Positions 34,466 through 44,360 of a stretch of 64,000 nucleotides of DNA are shown here, piece by piece. The position numbers and the translations under genes are program-made. The stretch covers positions 1-64,000 of the IMG/VR virus record IMGVR_UViG_3300033153_010610; one strand, 5' to 3'. Every line of letters begins with the position of its first letter. Within the stretch, counting starts at the first letter, position 1. The notes under the pieces are model-generated. The model did no database searches and was not told the origin of the DNA. It saw only the letters and a program-made list of their open reading frames with translations. The DNA comes from a virus.

Positions 34466-34958
34466 CCCCGAGAGCGGCGACGAGAACTACACACCTCCTG
34501 AAATCCTATCGCGAGTCCGGATTGCGTTGGGAGGTCAGATAGACCTCGACCCCGCGAGTTGCGATATCGCCCAATGCGTCATCAAGGCGCGGGACTACTA
34601 CACCATAAAGGATGATGGTCTGATGTTGCCGTGGTATGGCAGGGTGTTTCTGAACCCTCCGTATAGTCAGCCGGCGTGTCGCCTGTTCGTCCGGAAGCTA
34701 ATCGCGTCTCACAAGGCCGGACACGTCCGTAAGGCGGTCCTGTTGATGAACGCGTCCGTTAGCACCATCGCGTTCCACGAGGCGGCAGCGTATGCTCTCA
34801 GGACCTGTCTGCCCAAAGGCCGCATAGGGTTCTGGCGCCCGACTGGTGAGATCCGGAATCAGAACCGATACGACCAGGTATTCTTCTGGTTCGGTTACCA
34901 CACAGGCAACTTTGAGAAGGCTTTCTCCGACTTCGGGTTGATCGGTAATTTGAGATAG
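34416..34958 (+). CDS. Phage N6-adenine DNA methyltransferase (T1/HP1 Dam-like family); start uncertain
   Basis: ENYTPP, IDLDPAS, DDGL..PW.G.VFLNPPYS. Confidence 0.9.
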   Translation: MLLQQDMFRASSPPTIDPESGDENYTPPEILSRVRIALGGQIDLDPASCDIAQCVIKARDYYTIKDDGLMLPWYGRVFLNPPYSQPACRLFVRKLIASHKAGHVRKAVLLMNASVSTIAFHEAAAYALRTCLPKGRIGFWRPTGEIRNQNRYDQVFFWFGYHTGNFEKAFSDFGLIGNLR

Positions 34959-35118
34959 AATGGGGTCGTATGCCTGATGGGGAACACATCCAGTACGACT
35001 TCAAGCAACACCTCATCATCTGCACCCGCTGCGGGGTAGAGGTGAAGTGGAACTTGGGGCTGGCCACTCTAACTGAGATGATCGAAGGCCTCATGAGGAT
35101 TCGACGGGAGCATGGAAA

Positions 35119-35322
35119 TTGTGTGAAGCTGACCTGACCGAACAGGAGATGCGGCACAAGATGTGGACTCACGTCCAGTATCTGCAGGCTGAGATGCTCA
35201 TCACAAGGGTTCTGATGGCAAGGGACCAAACACCTGCCAGCTTTCAGAAGTATACGACTAAACGTGAGGAACTACTGGAGGCATATCAAGAATACGCAAG
35301 GATGACCAGTGCGCCATCTTGA
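35119..35322 (+). CDS. Hypothetical protein
   Basis: Short ORF in operon orientation. Confidence 0.5.
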   Translation: MCEADLTEQEMRHKMWTHVQYLQAEMLITRVLMARDQTPASFQKYTTKREELLEAYQEYARMTSAPS

Positions 35323-35441
35323 AGGGTGGCGTGCTCGAGTTCAAAATAGACGACGTAAGTCGGCGATCACCTGGGCAGTCGAAGGGACAAGGTGGTCTTG
35401 GGTCAGATGGAGGTTCTGGAAGTGGATATGGAGGAAGGTAG

Positions 35442-35948
35442 ATGAAGGCCAACAAAACGAAGCCCACACCGATTCAGAGGATGGCCCGCCGTCATCGTGA
35501 CCTAACGATCAAGTCGTCTAAGGTTGGCTTGAGTGAACAGGAGAAGGAAGAGTACAAGGCAATCACCATTCGGCTACAGCGAATCCAGAAGCCCATCAGC
35601 GAGTCCGGCGAGAAGCCCTTCGAGATGCAGGGTCGTCTGTTGCGCCAGGCTGCTGTCTGGGAGCGTACGGCTCGGTCGATGGCTGACGTCATCGAGAAGT
35701 TCCAAACTGTCGTGAGTGAGAGTGCTCAGGAGGACGGGACCTTCCAGTCCGAGGATCTCACCGAACTGCACGAGGTGCTGAGTTCTGGCGGTGACCTGAT
35801 GGAGTGGTACATGAAGTCAGTGGAGGGGTCCGTCGCTCCCGTCGTCCCCGGGGAAGAACCCAGTGGGTCGAGTCCCGACTCCCATGAGGAAGTCATCGGC
35901 GGCGGGGGTCCCAAAACCGGGTTGCCTCCCACTCCTTCCGAAGGCTGA
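35442..35948 (+). CDS. Hypothetical protein
   Basis: GGAGG RBS; 3' end overlaps terL convergently. Confidence 0.7.
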   Translation: MKANKTKPTPIQRMARRHRDLTIKSSKVGLSEQEKEEYKAITIRLQRIQKPISESGEKPFEMQGRLLRQAAVWERTARSMADVIEKFQTVVSESAQEDGTFQSEDLTELHEVLSSGGDLMEWYMKSVEGSVAPVVPGEEPSGSSPDSHEEVIGGGGPKTGLPPTPSEG

Positions 35949-37631
35949 GGAGACCTCTGGGTCACCCTTGACGGCCTCGTCGTCATCTTCCTGTTCATCT
36001 CCCAACCAGTAGTCATCATCTCCAGCCTCAGCGCTATCCTCTTCGTCGTCGAAGAAGGCTCCGCCAAAGTTGAACTTCTGCAGCAGGAGTTCACTGAACC
36101 ACATCGCCATCACGATATCGTCGTTCTTCGAGGTCGAGACCACTCGGCCGTCATCGACTGTGAAGGACTGAAGCTCGGAGATGAGCAACTCGCTCATCCG
36201 CTTCGACTCCGGGTCCCCAAACGGGAATCGGAACTTTCCGTTCTCTAGGAGCAGCCGAATCATGGGGATGCCACGGTCAGCCATATGTTTCTCGGAACCT
36301 GTCTGGTGCCTTTCAATTGGGAAGGGAGAATCTATGATTGCCTCATCGACGACGAAGGCTTGCGCCTGATTCGACTCGATGATGCCGGCATCGACCCGAT
36401 ATTTCACCCCGAGTTTGATGAACTGTTTGATGATGCCCCTGAACCCCAGCCCCCGAGCTCGCTCGATGAGTAGGATGCGGCGGATACCTCTGGAACTGAT
36501 GCCCACGACATAGAAGACCGTGTAGTCAGCTTTGATGTTGGCAGAGATTCCGATGTCAGCGGAGATATAGGTGGCCTCGCAGTTCCGTTCAATCCAAGAG
36601 CGGCTCGGGTCCATGTGAGCGCTCTCGTCAATTGTGGGCGGCGCGAAGAGTTCCTCGGGGAAGAGAGTTGAGAGCGAGGAGATGGCCTTGCACAAGTACT
36701 CCCGGGTGAAGGTCAGCGGGCCGACCTCTTCATCGCGAATGTAGTGCAATTGCTCTACGCTGAAGCGTGACGGCCACAGTGAGAACTCGACCCCCTCCTC
36801 ATCAGTCTGGAGAGCTGGGAACTCCTCATAGATGAATCCACTGGTGTGTTTGCAGTAGCCGTAGAGGTCTCCGGTGTGCATAGGCGTGCCCACTACAAAG
36901 ACCGGGCCGTTGACGGCGGGCAGCAACTGGCCCTTGAAGTTCTCTAGCGCTCGTTTCCGCTCAGTCGGGGAGAAGAGGCACTCCTGGGCCAGGAGGTCAT
37001 CGATGATCATCCACTTCGTATGCTGGCCACGCAGGGCTGACTTGGCGCCCTTGGCGAATATCTCACTCCCGTTGGCCAATTGAATACGGTCCTTGGTCCA
37101 GGTCTTCTTCGAGTCATCCGACTTCAGATGGAGCAATTCTGGGGTGTGGATGATACCGAGCAGATCTTGGTTTGGTGTGCCTTCCTTTAGATGTCTCAGG
37201 TGGGTCCAGGAGATGTCACCCTCACCCACCATAGCGCCGTACTCGCCGGGGAAGATGACGTGTGCGAGCCATAACGGTAGAGCGTACGAGAACCACGCGC
37301 TCTTGCCATGGTCTCGAGGAGCAAGGAGACACATCGTTTGGCGTTTGATTTTCGGTTCGTCTGCTTTGAGGAGCGTCTTGACGATGAGCTCACTCCACTC
37401 TTTGTGGTGTTGGACCACCAACATGTGCAGGACGTACTTTGCATAGAATGGAAGGCTGACACGACTCATCTCAGTGATGAGACGTTCCTTCTCCTTGCGA
37501 CGGTCATAGACAACCGCGACCTCGCGGTCGTTCCCGTCACGCAGGATTTCCTCTTCCTCTTCAAACTCTTGAAGAAGAGAGAGCATTTCAGCCTTGGAGA
37601 GATTATTGAGGTCTGATGTATCCCAACTCAT
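35817..37631 (-). CDS. terL: Terminase large subunit
   Basis: Walker A APRDHGKS, Walker B MIIDD, VGTP coupling motif, RNase H-like ADIG..ADYT and DDIVMA. Confidence 0.93.
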   Translation of the reverse strand: MSWDTSDLNNLSKAEMLSLLQEFEEEEEILRDGNDREVAVVYDRRKEKERLITEMSRVSLPFYAKYVLHMLVVQHHKEWSELIVKTLLKADEPKIKRQTMCLLAPRDHGKSAWFSYALPLWLAHVIFPGEYGAMVGEGDISWTHLRHLKEGTPNQDLLGIIHTPELLHLKSDDSKKTWTKDRIQLANGSEIFAKGAKSALRGQHTKWMIIDDLLAQECLFSPTERKRALENFKGQLLPAVNGPVFVVGTPMHTGDLYGYCKHTSGFIYEEFPALQTDEEGVEFSLWPSRFSVEQLHYIRDEEVGPLTFTREYLCKAISSLSTLFPEELFAPPTIDESAHMDPSRSWIERNCEATYISADIGISANIKADYTVFYVVGISSRGIRRILLIERARGLGFRGIIKQFIKLGVKYRVDAGIIESNQAQAFVVDEAIIDSPFPIERHQTGSEKHMADRGIPMIRLLLENGKFRFPFGDPESKRMSELLISELQSFTVDDGRVVSTSKNDDIVMAMWFSELLLQKFNFGGAFFDDEEDSAEAGDDDYWLGDEQEDDDEAVKGDPEVSSAFGRSGRQPGFGTPAADDFLMGVGTRPTGFFPGDDGSDGPLH

Positions 37632-37643
37632 GTCGGGAGGATA

Positions 37644-37970
37644 TCACGAAACGAATTCGTCGCCCTCGTAGATGGCAAGGATAGCAGACTCATCTACAAA
37701 GAAGCGCCGCTTACCGGCCCAGACGTGTCCGGTGTATCTGCCCAGTAGCACCATGTCCCCTTCTTTCACCCCAGTGTCCTCTGTGAAAGACGAGTGTACC
37801 GAGAGCACTGTGGCAAACTTGTTGTCTGTCATTTGCATCCGAGCATCGGGTACGCGGATGATCCCGCCGGGCGTTTTCTCGGGCTTCAAGGCTAATTCGA
37901 CGAACGCATGTCCGCGATATGCATCGACCTGTTCTGAAGTAAACCAATCCATATTGTTCTCCTCCATCAA
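37644..37970 (-). CDS. groES: Co-chaperonin GroES (Cpn10)-like protein
   Basis: EKTPGGIIRVPD mobile loop, ATVLSV, VKEGDMVL..RYTG, ESAILAI. Confidence 0.85.
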   Translation of the reverse strand: MMEENNMDWFTSEQVDAYRGHAFVELALKPEKTPGGIIRVPDARMQMTDNKFATVLSVHSSFTEDTGVKEGDMVLLGRYTGHVWAGKRRFFVDESAILAIYEGDEFVS

Positions 37971-37990
37971 TTGGATTCTACAAGGTTATG

Positions 37991-38019
37991 TTGACGAAAA
38001 CTCAGGGTCAAGCCATCAT
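37991..38019 (+). promoter_or_regulatory. Sigma70-like promoter for the structural region
   Basis: TTGACG-17 nt-CATCAT. Confidence 0.45.
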
Positions 38020-38095
38020 AAGCGCAGCAGAAGAGGGTTTTACCTCTCATTCGCAAGAGGCATCTGAAAGCAATGCCCCGCGTTAGAGAAGCAAA

Positions 38096-38704
38096 ATGAA
38101 CGAGCGCCAATTGACGATCGGGTTCGATAGTGCTGAAGACGCGACCTTCACGTTGTGTTGCTACGAGCAGACCATCCCCAGGGTTCTGTCTGCCGAAGCA
38201 GTCTCTGACTTGAGGAAGGCAGTCCAGCAAGCCTTGGCCCTTGGGGTCGATGTGGACGAGTGCGCCCCCTCTCTCTTGAGAGCAGTGCGTATGACCGCAG
38301 CCGACCGAGAGGCTCAATCGTACTCGGGACAACTGTCGTACGCGACCCCACAGTTCGGTTCCATCGTAAAGTCGGGGATGCCCGCGCCGTCTCTGAGCAA
38401 GAATATGCGTCAGCCCTATCTGGCTGCATGCATCAATCGTACGGCGATGGACCAAGTGGGGAAGTACTTCGACGACCACAACACCTTCGCCAAGTCGATG
38501 GGTGTTGGCATGACGTACCCCACGGTTCCACCCTGGAAATCGGACACAATGGTGGGGCATGTGATGGGGGCGTTGCTCGCCAAATCATCCGATGCCAATC
38601 TCATGACGGCCATTGACGAGAACGGAGAAGCCTGGGTAAAGGACTACACCAGGACCGTTCTGGATGATGCGCGTCGTCGCATGTTTCCCAAAGTGAGTTC
38701 CTGA
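38096..38704 (+). CDS. Hypothetical protein
   Basis: 202-aa ORF heading the structural region. Confidence 0.75.
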   Translation: MNERQLTIGFDSAEDATFTLCCYEQTIPRVLSAEAVSDLRKAVQQALALGVDVDECAPSLLRAVRMTAADREAQSYSGQLSYATPQFGSIVKSGMPAPSLSKNMRQPYLAACINRTAMDQVGKYFDDHNTFAKSMGVGMTYPTVPPWKSDTMVGHVMGALLAKSSDANLMTAIDENGEAWVKDYTRTVLDDARRRMFPKVSS

Positions 38705-38716
38705 AGGAGATCTGGG

Positions 38717-39220
38717 ATGACCATTTCCGCACTGACCGAAGAACAAAAGCGGCTGCTCGAGCGGCATGACCCGGCCCTTAAGAAGGCCAATCTCGCGACT
38801 CACTTGGACAACCTCACAGACGACGTCCGCCTGCGTCAAGCGACGGCGACCATCGGTGCTGTTGGGACAGAGACGGCCGGCGCGCCGGACTACTACGACG
38901 TGCCCGTGACGGTGACGGACAATGATGGCGACGCGCTAACCGCGGCAGTCAACGTCCGCGTCCGCATCTTTGATGATGTGGGTCTCGCAACTGTTTCGAC
39001 AGTAGGTGACCATCGTCTGACCGAAGATGGCGCCACGGGTGACATCCATGTCGACAACGTTGTGGACGCCGTGTATCGAACCAGCGCAACCGGGACACTT
39101 GTTGTCCGAGTCGAAGATGTTGCTGGCGGATCTGGAGATTGGATCTACGCGATCGTGACCGACGGCGGGAACGAGTCCGTGCGCATCGTCGGTGGTACTT
39201 TTGCTGTGGAATTCAACTAG
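38717..39220 (+). CDS. Probable virion structural protein (beta-rich, Ig-like), paralog 1
   Basis: AAGGAG RBS; V/T/D/G-rich; paralog at 39280. Confidence 0.75.
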   Translation: MTISALTEEQKRLLERHDPALKKANLATHLDNLTDDVRLRQATATIGAVGTETAGAPDYYDVPVTVTDNDGDALTAAVNVRVRIFDDVGLATVSTVGDHRLTEDGATGDIHVDNVVDAVYRTSATGTLVVRVEDVAGGSGDWIYAIVTDGGNESVRIVGGTFAVEFN

Positions 39221-39279
39221 CATCAGATGATGCGCGTCGTCGCATGTTCCCCAAAGTGAGTTCCTGAAGGAGATCTGGG

Positions 39280-39786
39280 ATGACCACTTCCGCACTGACC
39301 GAAGAACAAAAACGACTGCTTGACCGGCATGACCCGGCCCTCAAGAAGGCCACTCTTGCAACGCACCTGGACAACGTCACAGACGACGTCCGCCTGCGTC
39401 AGGCGACGGCAGTGGTCGGTGCGAGAGGAACAGAGACGGCCGGTCCCCCAGACTACTACGACGTCCCCATTCAGGTGAATGATGCCGATGGTGTCGCTGT
39501 CACTGCGGCAGTCAATCTCCGGGTGCGCATCTTCGATGATATTGGTCTTGCGACCGTCGCAACCGTTGGTAACCATCGCCTGACCGAAGACGGGGTCACT
39601 GGTGATATCCATGTCAACGACGTCATCGACGCTATCTACCGTACGACCGCGGCCGGCGCCCTGGTTATCCGGATTGAGGATGTCGCAGGCGGGTCGAACC
39701 AAAACCTCTACGTTTTGGTGACTGATGGCGGAAATGAGTCCTTCCGCATCATCGGTGATTCCTTCTTAGTTCTCTTCAACGCCTAG
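39280..39786 (+). CDS. Probable virion structural protein, paralog 2
   Basis: Tandem duplicate of 38717-39220. Confidence 0.75.
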   Translation: MTTSALTEEQKRLLDRHDPALKKATLATHLDNVTDDVRLRQATAVVGARGTETAGPPDYYDVPIQVNDADGVAVTAAVNLRVRIFDDIGLATVATVGNHRLTEDGVTGDIHVNDVIDAIYRTTAAGALVIRIEDVAGGSNQNLYVLVTDGGNESFRIIGDSFLVLFNA

Positions 39787-39804
39787 CACCAGAGGCGCGC
39801 TCTG

Positions 39805-41565
39805 ATGCCGAAGCTGAGATCACGAGCATGGGCAGCATCCAAGGCGGCCTATTCTCAATTCCGCGGTGGCACCACCGCACCCAGCGTGGGGACACCTCCT
39901 CCACAGCCCGTCGATCCATCTTGGGACCAATTGCAAGAGATGCTGACCGGCCGCTCTCGGGGTGAAGCCCAGGAGCAGGCCGAGGCGTTGCGTCAGGCTG
40001 ACACTTGGATGGTGAAGACGGCCCATAAGGTTGGGCACAGTCTTGGGGCTATCAAGAAGGCTCTAGCAGCCGTTGACCCCAAGCCCGTCAGTGAGTTTGA
40101 AGGTCAGGCCATTGATGATGAGGCCTTCTATTCAAACCCCAAGGAATTCCGGGAACGCCCATCTGGTTTGAGCAACGACACCCTTCGGGCAATGTCGTAC
40201 AAAGTCCCCATCATCTCTGCCATCCATCAGACGCGCCTCAATCAGGTCGGCATCTTTGGCCGCCCGCGTACAGAGCCCACAGAAATGGGCTTCATCATTC
40301 TACCCAAGAGCCAGAAGGAACAACGGAGCCCGACTCGAGCGACCTTCCGCCGCATTGAGCAGTTCTCCGACTTCTTCGCTCACTGCGGGAGTAAATGGGG
40401 GGACAGACATCTCCTCCGTCCCAACTTGGAGGGCCTCTTGCGCATGTGCGTTCGAGACTCTCTGACGTTCGACCAGTACGCCATCCAGATGAACTTCAAT
40501 CGGAAGGGCCAGCCTGCCGAGTTCGTCGCGATGGCAGGGCACTCGATGCGCCTCGCGAGTCGTGATGGCGATACCGGGTGGAACTTCGACCCAGATGATG
40601 TCCACTACACTCAGGTCAAAAGACGACTCAAGATTGCGGACTTTACCGCTCGAGAGTTGATTTGGGGTGTCCGTAACCCGCGGTCCGACCTTGAGGTGGC
40701 TGGGTACGGGATGTCGGAGTTGGAACTCCTCATCCAGGTCGTCACAGGCATGCTGTGGGCGGAAGCTCACAACGCCAGGTTCTTCTCAGCCGGCTCGACC
40801 GTGAAGGGCCTCCTCAACATCAAGGGGATGATCAATCGGAAGCAATTGCGCGCCTTCAGACGGGAATGGTTCGCGCTCTTGAGCGGGGTCCAGAACTCCT
40901 GGAGGACCCCAGTTCTCAATGCCGATGAAGTCCAGTTCATCCCGATGCATGCGTCGAATCGGGACATGGAATTCACCGAGTGGTTGTACTACCTATTGAA
41001 GGTTGCGACCGCGGTGTACCAGATTGACCCTTCCGAGGTGAACTTCACCTTCGGCAACGAAGGCCAGGCCGTCCAAGTATTCGAGAGTAACAACGAAGCG
41101 AAGACCCGTCTCTCTCGTGACCGTGGTCTCCGCCCACTCGTGGTGAACATTCAGCAGTCCCTACAGCGTGTCATGGACGCCCTCGACCCGAACTTCATGA
41201 TCATCTTGGCCGGCCTGGACTCGAAGACTGAAGAGCAGAAGGCATCTCTCGCTGAGACGTTGACGCGCTCTGTGTGGACAATCGATGAGGCCCGCGAGAA
41301 GCTCTATCAGATGCCTCCGTTGCCACACTCTGGTGACATTGTGCGTAACGGTGAGTACATGGCATGGCTGAACCAGTTATCCCAACTCTCATCTGACATA
41401 CAACTCGCAGAAGACACGGCTCAGGCTTCGGCTGCTGAGACTACGGCGCCAACGTCGGTACCAGCGCCAACTGCCGGTGCGAAGCCGGCTGCAAAGAAAA
41501 AACCGGAGGTGTCGCCAGATGATGTCACCCCGACCAACTTCAAAGCACCATCATCAGGAAGTTGA
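39805..41565 (+). CDS. Portal protein (SPO1/Twort-like)
   Basis: RDSLTFDQ, VRNPRSD..GYGMSELE, N.RFF..G..KGLL, DMEF.EWL.YL..VYQIDP.E, S.DRGL.PL. Confidence 0.93.
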   Translation: MPKLRSRAWAASKAAYSQFRGGTTAPSVGTPPPQPVDPSWDQLQEMLTGRSRGEAQEQAEALRQADTWMVKTAHKVGHSLGAIKKALAAVDPKPVSEFEGQAIDDEAFYSNPKEFRERPSGLSNDTLRAMSYKVPIISAIHQTRLNQVGIFGRPRTEPTEMGFIILPKSQKEQRSPTRATFRRIEQFSDFFAHCGSKWGDRHLLRPNLEGLLRMCVRDSLTFDQYAIQMNFNRKGQPAEFVAMAGHSMRLASRDGDTGWNFDPDDVHYTQVKRRLKIADFTARELIWGVRNPRSDLEVAGYGMSELELLIQVVTGMLWAEAHNARFFSAGSTVKGLLNIKGMINRKQLRAFRREWFALLSGVQNSWRTPVLNADEVQFIPMHASNRDMEFTEWLYYLLKVATAVYQIDPSEVNFTFGNEGQAVQVFESNNEAKTRLSRDRGLRPLVVNIQQSLQRVMDALDPNFMIILAGLDSKTEEQKASLAETLTRSVWTIDEAREKLYQMPPLPHSGDIVRNGEYMAWLNQLSQLSSDIQLAEDTAQASAAETTAPTSVPAPTAGAKPAAKKKPEVSPDDVTPTNFKAPSSGS

Positions 41566-41590
41566 CGCGCTTTAGATAAAGCGCAATGAT
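41562..41590 (+). promoter_or_regulatory. Sigma70-like promoter overlapping a palindrome
   Basis: TTGACG-17 nt-AATGAT; spacer contains GCGCTTTA-GA-TAAAGCGC. Confidence 0.4.
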
Positions 41591-41637
41591 GATGACACCA
41601 TTGACGGCTTTGGGCCGAGAGAACTAAGGAGTACAGA

Positions 41638-42048
41638 ATGGGAAGCCCAGTTCATGGCTCGCACCTTCAGCCGAGCGACATTGGTCAGATGATTCCGTTC
41701 GCCACGCAGGAGCATGTTGACTTCTATCAAGGAGTCATCCTCACTGGCATCGTGCAACTTTCGTGGCGGGCTCCAGCGGATGGTATCCTTGAGAAGGGAT
41801 ACTTCAAGTTGGGCACCTGTGGGACCGGCGCTGGTCCGACCACTTGTGACATCCTGAAGAACGCATCGTCGATGCTCACCGCCGCGATGTCCATCGCGCA
41901 TACCGACACTGATGGTACCGAGGTGGCCGCGTCATTCGATGACAACACAGTGTCGCGAGGTGATTTCATCACTCTGGCGACCTCGGCCGGCGCCACCAAC
42001 CAGGTGACCGCGTGGGCTGGTTTCACCTTCCGGCTCCTGGGTAGCTAG
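41638..42048 (+). CDS. Probable virion structural protein
   Basis: AAGGAG RBS; beta-rich; in the head module. Confidence 0.7.
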   Translation: MGSPVHGSHLQPSDIGQMIPFATQEHVDFYQGVILTGIVQLSWRAPADGILEKGYFKLGTCGTGAGPTTCDILKNASSMLTAAMSIAHTDTDGTEVAASFDDNTVSRGDFITLATSAGATNQVTAWAGFTFRLLGS

Positions 42049-42081
42049 GTCTCCGGTTCTTCGTCGAGATAGGAGAAGCCT

Positions 42082-42459
42082 GTGCCAGCCATCTACATGG
42101 AGCGTCAGCTCAAACTACGGACTGCGAGGGATCAGTTCTATCAGAAGCTCCACTTCAAGAGCACTGAGGAAATAGAGTCATACTCGACTCTGACGAACAC
42201 CTCGGACCGAAGTCGTACCATCGCTGCTGCTGGTACGTTCGCGATAGATCTGGGCGGGATGACTGCCGTCAAGACGATCTACATCGAGACAAGCGCAGCA
42301 CTTCAGGTCACCATCGGTGCCGCTGTTTGGACAGTCGCGCCGGTTGAGACTAACAAGTCTGGCATCTTGTACGTCGAGGGGTCCTTCGCCAGTATCACGC
42401 TGACCAATCCAGACGCGGCCAATTCCATCGAAGTGCTCTGGATGCTTGCAGGTACGTAG
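42082..42459 (+). CDS. Probable virion structural protein
   Basis: AGGAG RBS, GTG start; T/A-rich. Confidence 0.7.
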   Translation: MPAIYMERQLKLRTARDQFYQKLHFKSTEEIESYSTLTNTSDRSRTIAAAGTFAIDLGGMTAVKTIYIETSAALQVTIGAAVWTVAPVETNKSGILYVEGSFASITLTNPDAANSIEVLWMLAGT

Positions 42460-43100
42460 TGCCTGACGTAGACGAGAACACTTGGCGCAAGGCCAAGCGG
42501 ACAGTCCTCACTAAGTTCCCAGAAGTATCACGAGAGTCCCACCGATTCTGGGATTACGTCCAGGACGTGTACCTGACCTACCGTCCTTTTCGTAAAGGGA
42601 AGGCGGGCCAACTCTCTGAGTCTCAACTCGAATCTCTCCAATGGGAGCCTCCGGGTGGTGACCACCCTGCAACCTGGCGAGCTCAGGTAGGCAACGACTA
42701 CGTCTACCGCGTAGAGAAGCCCGGTCATGCAGGTGAAGAGGGAGACGTCGGCGAGGCGTTCACTCAGGAAGAGATGGAGCAGAAACTGAAGGGTGAGGAG
42801 CCAGTGATACTCACCTTTCGCCAAGCAACCATCAAATGGGGGATTGCTGAGCATAAGAAGGCCATGGAGCAGGCTGCAACTAAAACGGTTCATGATTTTC
42901 ATTCTTCGGAGATGCGCCGGAAGTTAGACTTGGCGTCTCTCAAGGTGTCGTTGGCCGAATCTGTGCAGCAGTTCCTATCCGAGACGCCGACCGCAGAGGT
43001 CGCTGCAGAGCAGGTCAAGCTCGAGCGACCTAAGCCAGAAGCGGCCCAGGACGAGAAGGACAAGAAGGACGAGAAGGACGAGGATGGGGCAGACGCTTAA
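42459..43100 (+). CDS. Hypothetical protein
   Basis: N-terminal DENTWRKAK...FWDYV..VY motif; acidic tail. Confidence 0.75.
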   Translation: MPDVDENTWRKAKRTVLTKFPEVSRESHRFWDYVQDVYLTYRPFRKGKAGQLSESQLESLQWEPPGGDHPATWRAQVGNDYVYRVEKPGHAGEEGDVGEAFTQEEMEQKLKGEEPVILTFRQATIKWGIAEHKKAMEQAATKTVHDFHSSEMRRKLDLASLKVSLAESVQQFLSETPTAEVAAEQVKLERPKPEAAQDEKDKKDEKDEDGADA

Positions 43101-43311
43101 ATGCCCATCATGTGGGTCTCGGTCTGGAAACACCAACAGCAATGGTGGCGTGCATCTCAAGACCCGTAGCATCTATATGTCATCGGATGGTAAGGTCATT
43201 GGTTTCTGCAAACAGTGCCAGAACTCATTCGTTGTTGTCAGGACGAACAAGCAATGGCGATTACGCCTTCTCCCGCAAATGATGAGTTGGCGAGAGAATG
43301 TCGATACTTGA
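43084..43311 (+). CDS. Zn-ribbon protein
   Basis: CPSCG...CKQC. Confidence 0.7.
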   Translation: MGQTLKCPSCGSRSGNTNSNGGVHLKTRSIYMSSDGKVIGFCKQCQNSFVVVRTNKQWRLRLLPQMMSWRENVDT

Positions 43312-43336
43312 CGAATATTCCGACTGCTAGTAGCGT
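43308..43336 (+). promoter_or_regulatory. Sigma70-like promoter for the protease-capsid genes
   Basis: TTGACG-17 nt-TAGCGT. Confidence 0.5.
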
Positions 43337-43403
43337 GGAGACAATCCATTCAGCCGCGCCAATGGACATTGGCAATGGCATCGGACGACACAGAGGCTTG
43401 GAA

Positions 43404-44360
43404 ATGTCAGAACCATTCCAGTGGTACGTTCCTTTCGACGTCCGAAAGTCAGAAGACTCCGAAGAAATGCTCTTCGGTGGTTTTGTGTCTTCGGAGCGAG
43501 AGGACCTGGAGGGTGAAGAGGTTATCCAGAAGGGGCTCAATTTTGACCCATTCGTCTCGCGCGGATGGTTCAATGAGAACCACGAGTCGTCCTTGTCTGG
43601 TGGCGGAGTGGTGGGAGTTCCCGTCGAGAACCAGTCAGTCCAGTGGCTCAGCAAAGGTCAACTCGACCCGCTGAATCGCACCGAAGTGGACCGTGGCGGC
43701 TGGTACGTGATGGGTCAGATGCTCGATACTCCCCAGGGCAAGTCGATTTTCGATATAGCCTCGGCCTTACAGAAGGCTGGGACATCGCGGCGACTCGGTA
43801 TGTCTCTCGAAGGCAACGTGACAAAGCGCAACGGGCAGCAGGTCGAAGAGGCTGATGTGCACAACATCGCCCTCACACAACGGCCTGTGAATCCCGACAC
43901 GACTGTTGAGGTGATCTGCAAAGCTCTCAAAGGCGAGGGTCCTCTCATTACAGATGAGCCCCGTCGTTTGGAGAAAGAGATCCTCGCCCGCCTTGAGCGT
44001 ATCGAGAAGGCGATGAGCGCAGGCGCTTCCGTCAACGCACCGGGCAGTACGGGCGGCGGTGATGGATTCGCATACAGATCCGAGGACCTGGAGAAGAAGA
44101 AGCCTTCCGCACTCGAAGTGTGTGAGGGGGATGTCCAGGCTTCGATGAACAAAATGGCAGAGAACCTGAATTCCGATGGCGGCGACCCCAAGATGAGCCT
44201 CGTTCGCGAGGTGGCGGAGTCGTCGGAGGCGGAGTACGGGGAGCAACTCGTCCTGGGTTACGGGGCGGCATACGACGTGATTCGGAAGCGGTACCCAAAC
44301 CTGACTGACAGTCAGTGCAAGTCGGCAACGAATCGGATCTTCAATCTTGGAGGCAGCTAA
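43404..44360 (+). CDS. Prohead protease
   Basis: GFVSSEREDLEGE, GWFNENH, LGMSLEG, IALT.RPVNP. Confidence 0.9.
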   Translation: MSEPFQWYVPFDVRKSEDSEEMLFGGFVSSEREDLEGEEVIQKGLNFDPFVSRGWFNENHESSLSGGGVVGVPVENQSVQWLSKGQLDPLNRTEVDRGGWYVMGQMLDTPQGKSIFDIASALQKAGTSRRLGMSLEGNVTKRNGQQVEEADVHNIALTQRPVNPDTTVEVICKALKGEGPLITDEPRRLEKEILARLERIEKAMSAGASVNAPGSTGGGDGFAYRSEDLEKKKPSALEVCEGDVQASMNKMAENLNSDGGDPKMSLVREVAESSEAEYGEQLVLGYGAAYDVIRKRYPNLTDSQCKSATNRIFNLGGS

